A stretch of 64,000 bases of DNA, taken from positions 1,728,001 to 1,792,000 of the forward strand of contig OZ242274.1 in assembly GCA_965207375.1 (NCBI GenBank), written 5' to 3'. Below, piece after piece: positions 62,001 to 64,000 of this stretch. Under the pieces are notes generated by a model, which was not told the DNA's origin, made no database searches, and saw nothing but the letters and a program-made list of their open reading frames with translations. How positions within the stretch are numbered: the first letter of the stretch is position 1; the number at the start of each line of letters is the position of its first letter. This DNA is from Nitrosopumilaceae archaeon (GTDB lineage: Archaea; Thermoproteota; Nitrososphaeria; Nitrososphaerales; Nitrosopumilaceae). Position numbers and translations under genes: made by a program.

Positions 62001-64000
62001 TACGAGGTGTAGAATCAACGACATTAGATGCAATACTTGTTCCTGCATTATTTGTAGCGTTTACCCGGAATTGATACACCTGTCCATTTGTCAAACCGGT
62101 GACAATTACAGAGGTATCAGCAGATACATCATCAGAGAATGTAGTCCAAGATGTACCCGAATCAGAACTGTGCTGTATGGCATAATCAACAATTGGAGAT
62201 CCACCATCGTTTACAGGTGCAGTCCATTCAAGCGTAACTTGTGTGTTGCCCGGTGTTGCCTCAAGAGCAGTTGGTGCATCAGGTACTGTAATTACGGTCA
62301 GAGTTATCTCATTTGATGCAACATTATCGTTGTCTGTCTCATCTTGTACAGATCCTGCAAGTATGCTTACGGTTAACTGTCCTGCAGGAGGGTTCACCAC
62401 GTCAAAGGAATACACATCACGTTGTACAAATATACGGTTATTGCCAGTATCTACAACATAAAGATCGTTTGTGGAATCAAATACTAGTCCTACCGGGAAA
62501 CGAAATGAAACTGGATAAGAACTTCCAAATGTTGATAGATAGTTGCCTGAAGGATCAAATATTTGGACGCGGTTACCATTTGTATCTGCTACATATACAT
62601 GGCCTGTACCGTTGATGGCTATTCCGCTTGGAGTATGAAACTGACCATCACGTGAACCAGAACCGCCAAACTGTGAGATAGAATTGCCTGAAGGATCAAA
62701 TATTTGGACGATATGGGATAATTCAGATGTAACATAGACGTGACCTGTAGCGTTTATGGCTATTCCGTTTGGGGAAGAGCTGGGAAACTGTGAAATATAG
62801 TTGCCTGAAGGATCAAATATTTGGACGCGGTAGGAAGCGGAATCGACGATATGGACGTGACCCGTAGCGTTGATAGTTATTCTGTGTGGCCTATCAAACT
62901 GACCATCACCGAAACCACGGCTGCCAAACTGTGAGACAAAGTTGCCTGAAGGATCAAATATCTTAACTAGATTGGTTGTAGATGTAACATAGATATAATC
63001 TGTAGAGTTGATGGCTATTCCGCGCGGGTTAGTAAATCTGGAATCATCAAATGTATGGCCGCTAATCTGTGAAACATATTTTCCAAAGGTATCAAAAATC
63101 TGAATGCGGTGGTTGAAAGTATCTGCCACATATATGTAGCCCGTAGAGTTGATGGCTATTTCGGTAGGAGTCTGAAACTGCCCATCACCTGTACCTCTAG
63201 TGCCAGAATAAAAACCAAGCAAACCTTTCACATTCTGCACAGTTCCAGAAGATGCAGAAACATCTGATTCATCAAAGACAGTTACTGATTCGCTAAATAT
63301 TACGGTAAATGGAATGGCAGTAAGATATGTGATATCTTCTGCACTAGTCAAAAGTCTTACAGTTGGAGATACATCAATTGTAGAAAATAACACAATAGAG
63401 TCATCAATTGTATTTCCACTCAAATCGCTAAATGCTGTAGCATTTACCTTTAGATAGATTTTGCCAGCAAGTGACATTACGCTTGAGCTTTGTGATGCAG
63501 TAAGAGATATCATGATACGAATATCATTATCTGTATTGGTTATACTGGCACCTGTAAGACTCACATCGCCAGCATTGTTACTGAGACTGTTTGAAATTGA
63601 CAGTTTAGTTAGATCAATTTCTGTGGCATTTATTGTTTCATTAAAATCAATTAGTAAATTTTGATCAGGTGAATCTGGATCAAATGAAACTTTGAGTAGG
63701 GCTGGTTTTGTCGTGTCTGGACTTATACTTATTGCATTGTCGTAATCGTCTTCGTTTGCAACATTATTTATTGTCTTGACTGCACCTGAATCAATATCTA
63801 GCTCTAATTGCTGACCTAGTACAAGTATAGCAGTTCGCTGTACTTCATTTATCACAATTTCAAGAATACGTGCATCACCAGTATCAGATACCATGGCACC
63901 ACCCAATGTTACTCCTCCTGACGAATTCCCAAGTTGACGAATGTGGAACTTTGTTAGATCAACGTTTGATATAGGAGTGAGATCTATGGTTTTATCAAAT
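50011..64000 (-). CDS. Giant surface protein (>4660 aa, 5' end outside window): NHL beta-propellers within Ig-like domains, many FN3 repeats, DUF5011-like Ig domains, Pro/Glu stalk, C-terminal TM anchor
   Basis: FN3: LSWTAP..GGS.IT.Y...GLTNG..Y.FRV.ATN..G. NHL: P.GIAIN.TG.IYVAD..N.RIQIFD. DUF5011-like: P.ITING.N...Y.DAGATCTD. Frame is open to the window end. Confidence 0.93.
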   Translation of the reverse strand, partial: FDKTIDLTPISNVDLTKFHIRQLGNSSGGVTLGGAMVSDTGDARILEIVINEVQRTAILVLGQQLELDIDSGAVKTINNVANEDDYDNAISISPDTTKPALLKVSFDPDSPDQNLLIDFNETINATEIDLTKLSISNSLSNNAGDVSLTGASITNTDNDIRIMISLTASQSSSVMSLAGKIYLKVNATAFSDLSGNTIDDSIVLFSTIDVSPTVRLLTSAEDITYLTAIPFTVIFSESVTVFDESDVSASSGTVQNVKGLLGFYSGTRGTGDGQFQTPTEIAINSTGYIYVADTFNHRIQIFDTFGKYVSQISGHTFDDSRFTNPRGIAINSTDYIYVTSTTNLVKIFDPSGNFVSQFGSRGFGDGQFDRPHRITINATGHVHIVDSASYRVQIFDPSGNYISQFPSSSPNGIAINATGHVYVTSELSHIVQIFDPSGNSISQFGGSGSRDGQFHTPSGIAINGTGHVYVADTNGNRVQIFDPSGNYLSTFGSSYPVSFRFPVGLVFDSTNDLYVVDTGNNRIFVQRDVYSFDVVNPPAGQLTVSILAGSVQDETDNDNVASNEITLTVITVPDAPTALEATPGNTQVTLEWTAPVNDGGSPIVDYAIQHSSDSGTSWTTFSDDVSADTSVIVTGLTNGQVYQFRVNATNNAGTSIASNVVDSTPRTVPSTPIGLTATPDDLLMSLSWSAPSNGGSPITGYIIQYKEQSAEWPGTSVNIGNFTSHIITGLTEDVFYDFRVNATNAAGAGTASTTVSLQFIIAKPYVTLSTFASNPTTLTSVPFVARFNEPIVGFNASDISISSGTIQNLIPPISYFGTDPLSTPDRIAVNGTGYVYVTDASSDTIQIFDSTGKYISDFGESGSGNDQLDQPTGIAINGTGYVYVADLGNNRVQIFDSTGKHVSQIPGFNEPQDIAINGTGYIYVTESSYQNRIQIFDSSNTRISFFSSRGTNDGQTIQPYGIAINDTGYIYVTDLNQNRIQIFDSSGNFVSKFGSHGSGDSQFNAPQGIAINGTGHVYVADTNNHRIQIFDSSGNFVSKFGSHGSGDDKFNSPKGITIDSRFLYVVDSSNNRIYAQRDVYSFDVTNPIQGELTVSIPAGSVQDKAGIDNIASNEITLTVIKIPDKPTGLTATYGNAQVTLNWTRSDDGGSEITDYTVQYSSDSGTSWQAFDDGISNTTSAIITGLTNGQEYQFQVSAINIAGESDTSDIVSATPRTVPGVPVITSSTPSGGQIELGWVAPGNGGSPITGYIVQYKLSTEEWPGTSVRVPQVTLHTIYGLESGQYDLRMNATNAVGNGTASDVISFTIDAEFPSVILTTLSPDPTNLSTIPFIVRFSEPVTGFNASDISISSGTAQIMFSPVNGHFGGIGSGDGQFASAGSIAINSTGHIFAADDTDSIISIFDGTGTYISEFGGTGSGNDRFNGVGDIAVGPLGNIHVADSGNNRISIFDPSGKFISQFGSAGAGDGQFNSPQGIAINSTGHIFVADHGNHRIQIFDDTGKYLSQFGSAGSGDGQFGLPRGLAINSTGHIFVADFNNHRIQIFDDTGKYLSQLGNTAPGSFSPINVAIDSSDRIYVKYYLYHSFETYDPSGNYLSDFAPPNFSRLVDIAFGPTQGTYITDNEHNRIYVQRDAYFFSVVNPAKGQLTVSIPAGSAQDASGNNNTVSNIVSLNIVGTPGMPTGLTATPGNTQVTLSWTAPPDTDGSAIVDYIIQYSSNSGTSWHTFNDGIGTTTTTTVTGLTNGVTYQFRVFATNTVETSMPSAIATTTPRTLPGAPSLTATPGNAQVVLSWTIHDDGGSPVTGYVIQHKVSTSIWSSTTATVTVGNIGSYTIRDLVNNVPYDFRINATNTAGIGPVSDTAKATPTASTSPDTTPPVIATPSNAIIVHQNAAFTVTDALVGVTCTDTEDSNPSLTADITNVNTAIVGSYTVTYSCTDDANNSAVQKSRNVTVIGTPSEPTLTAEPSNAQVTLSWTAPTNNRGSPITGYTIQYKESSNTWPGTSVTVNNVTSRIITSLTNGIQYDFRINATNVAGTGISSNTVSATPIGVPGVPTGLTAAPGNAQVSLSWTAPSNTGGSAITDYTIQYSTDGNIWTAFADGMGTDTSTTVTDLTNGVTYQFQVFATNTAGTGRASDPVGATPRTIPAAPTGLTATPGNAQVSLSWTAPSNTGGSAITDYTIQYSANAGASWTVVNDGTSTDTSATVTGITNGDTYRFRVNATNVAGTGESSSTADATPRTIPAAPTTLTATPGDAQIVLSWIAPNNGGSPITGYAIQHKPSTDAWPGTTVTIGNVTSHTIPSLTNGIQYDFRINATNVAGTGLSSGTAQATPVVSIAPDTTPPVIATPSDAITVRQNTVFTVTDALVGVTCTDTEDSSPILTADITNVNTAIVGSYTVTYSCTDDANNSAISQTRNVTVIGTPAAPTDFTIQQERQQMSLSWTAPNNGGSPITGYVIQYKVSSSAWPGTSVTLGNITSHDLTGFTNGLRYDFRVNATNIVGTGSASTVSSLVFDATPPSVVLSVASPVASPDPTSLSTISFIARFSEHVTGITSSDILTSSGTIQNLITPFYGSFGSGGSGDGQFDAPEDIAINGTGHIFVVDSFNNRVQIFDNEGVYVSQFGSAGSGDGQFADPIGIAINSTGYVYVPDTDNHRIQIFDSSGKYVSQFGSNDLGDNQLTRPQGITITDTGHVYVVNTGNNNIKIFDISGNYLSEFGNFGLTEGGFQTAIGIAINSTGHIFVTDQHRDVILIFDNAGNFLTEFGSEGAGDGQFDSPYRIAINGTDHMYVAEIGNDRIQIFDSSGNYLSQFDSLGSGNDRFQYPSGIILGDKGEIYISDSNNNRIYVQRDMHFDVINSSRGLLTVSIPAGSAQDVVGNDNVASNVVSLDVIGRPTAPTGLSATPSNTQVSLTWIPPTNNGGSPITGYTIQHKESTDPWPGTSTTIGNVTSHIITGLTNGVQYDFRINATNTAGTGVSSGIVQAIPVASTVPDSTPPTITINGANPVTISIGTTYVDAGATCTDDTDSTPTLNAVSTVDDSTAGSYTVTYICVDNSNNSAQAVRTVIVITVPGAPTGLSAVPGDRNVVLLWTAPTNNGGSAIIGYTLQYKPSSAEWPGTSVIVTNIPSWRIENLINGVQYDFRVNATNVVGTGEASIPIFATPQDAPDAPTDLRATPGNAQVSLSWTAPSDTGGFAITDYLIQYSANAGTSWSTFDDGVNHDTSTTVTGLTNGQEYQFQVFAVTNIGQSTLSATADATPRTIPAAPTNPAANPGNAQVSLSWTAPTNNGGSPITGYTIQHKLSTDPWPGTSVTLGNVTSNTITGLTNGIQYDFRINATNQAGTGVSSGIVQATPRSVPGQPTGLAATPGNSQVSLSWTAPTDTGGSAITDYTIQYSVDAGTNWIAVNDGTNTDTTTTVTGLTNGVTYQFQVFATNTAGTGIASDSVGVTPRTIPAAPTGLIATPGDAQIVLSWTAPNNGGSAITGYVIQHKPSTDAWPGTTVTIGNVTSHTISSLTNGIQYDFRINATNIAGTGLSSGTAQATPVASTVPDTVPPVIATPSNAIIVHQNIAFTVTDALVGVTCTDTEDSSPILTADITNVNTAIVGSYTVTYSCTDDANNSAISQTRNVTVIGIPAAPTGLIATPGNAQVELSWTAPSNNGGSAITDYTIQYSANAGTSWSTFTDGIGTGTTATVTGLTNGQTYQFRVSATNTVGTGSTSVTASATPVAPVTDTTAPVITINGANSITITLGTTYTDAGATCTDNLDPNPSLTQTGTVDTSTVGQYTVTYICTDAANNSAIQHVRTVNVIGIPAAPTGLIATPGNAQVELSWTAPSNNGGSAITDYTIQYSANAGTSWSTFTDAVSVITSTTVTGLTNDTPYQFRVNATNIAGTGPASSTAQATPVAPDNIAPTIVINGDNHVTISVGTTYVDAGATCTDNVDTTPTLTDTSTVDDSAAGSYTVTYTCTDDSNNSVDAVRTVNVITVPSAPSSPVANSGNAQASLSWTAPTNNGGSAITGYVIQHKASSDPWPGTSTTVNNVTTGIITSLTNGIQYDFRINATNIAGTGISSGTAQATPAASTVPDTVPPVIATPVDAIIVHQHSAFTATDALVGVTCTDTEDSSPTLTADITNVNTAIVGSYTVTYICTDDANNSAIQQTRNVTVIGTPAAPTGLTAISDLFATSGDIQIVLSWTAPTDNGGSTITGYVIQYKASSDPWPSHAYVIGNVTSYTVSNLTNGVPYDFRVNTTNAVGIGPAFVIVSATPTFTVDSDIIPPVIKIIGSDTITINKNSVFSNVDALKDVTCIDDMDPNPTLTADTSSVTTDTLGDYTIAYRCVDSTSNHAEPQTRTVRIVDTVENKDTTVSSPSSGKVQSRAGGGGFTLGPVAVTYNQCGIHNNFVLVAATYGDNLAASVSYGETTIIGQNYNIDISKYVSKYTPIKLYMFDFADMSTDVSSFKINVYDKSGKKATLPLSLSGECSSVHRFDIIKGISVSDSLGNLVSDTGDKLSGDMTERADTDDVEPTEPVKPTEPLDPVEPLEPTEPVKPTEPLDPVEPLEPTEPVKPTEPLDPVEPLEPTEPVKPTEPLDPVEPLEPTEPVKPTEPLDPVEPLEPVISVEPTDIQQTNSSPSILSQTSLLIVYSILGVFAVVALVYLLMRRNRSIRT
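50171..50446 (-). repeat. 54-bp coding tandem repeat, 5 copies (EPTEPVKPTEPLDPVEPL)
   Basis: Near-identical DNA units in the membrane-proximal stalk. Confidence 0.92.

Noticed and set aside
50474-63664. Many + strand ORFs (e.g. 54479-55477)
   Set aside because: Antisense shadows of the repetitive giant CDS.

Overview
Chromosomal window from an ammonia-oxidising archaeon (Nitrosopumilaceae-like). Evidence is a CFI-box C-terminal anchor, a purS-purQ-purL-purF-ahcY...purC block, and a PPOX/ArsR pair. Host association (e.g. a sponge symbiont) is inferred from giant FN3/NHL surface proteins, expanded multi-domain solute-binding proteins and heavy IS decay. The window holds five large secreted/surface proteins, a putative defence-type island (UvrD-PD-(D/E)XK, TPR, Swt1-like HEPN, TPR, pRiA4b ORF3-like, tandem paralogues, split AAA-DUF4143), several toxin-antitoxin loci and a nested mobilome (IS5, IS66, IS481, ISL2-type IS5, IS3, IS6-like, four IS110 copies/remnants, small MITEs). 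The most striking signal is two IS110 elements whose upstream non-coding ends can be folded by eye into two-loop, bridge-RNA-like structures. Their loop sequences match each element's own insertion site and circle junction, and both elements sit inside about 80-bp TIR-bounded MITEs (the second MITE is less certain). This suggests RNA-guided IS110s aimed at other mobile elements in an archaeon. No rRNA, tRNA or CRISPR array was seen. All family calls are from motif recognition by eye, without database searches.
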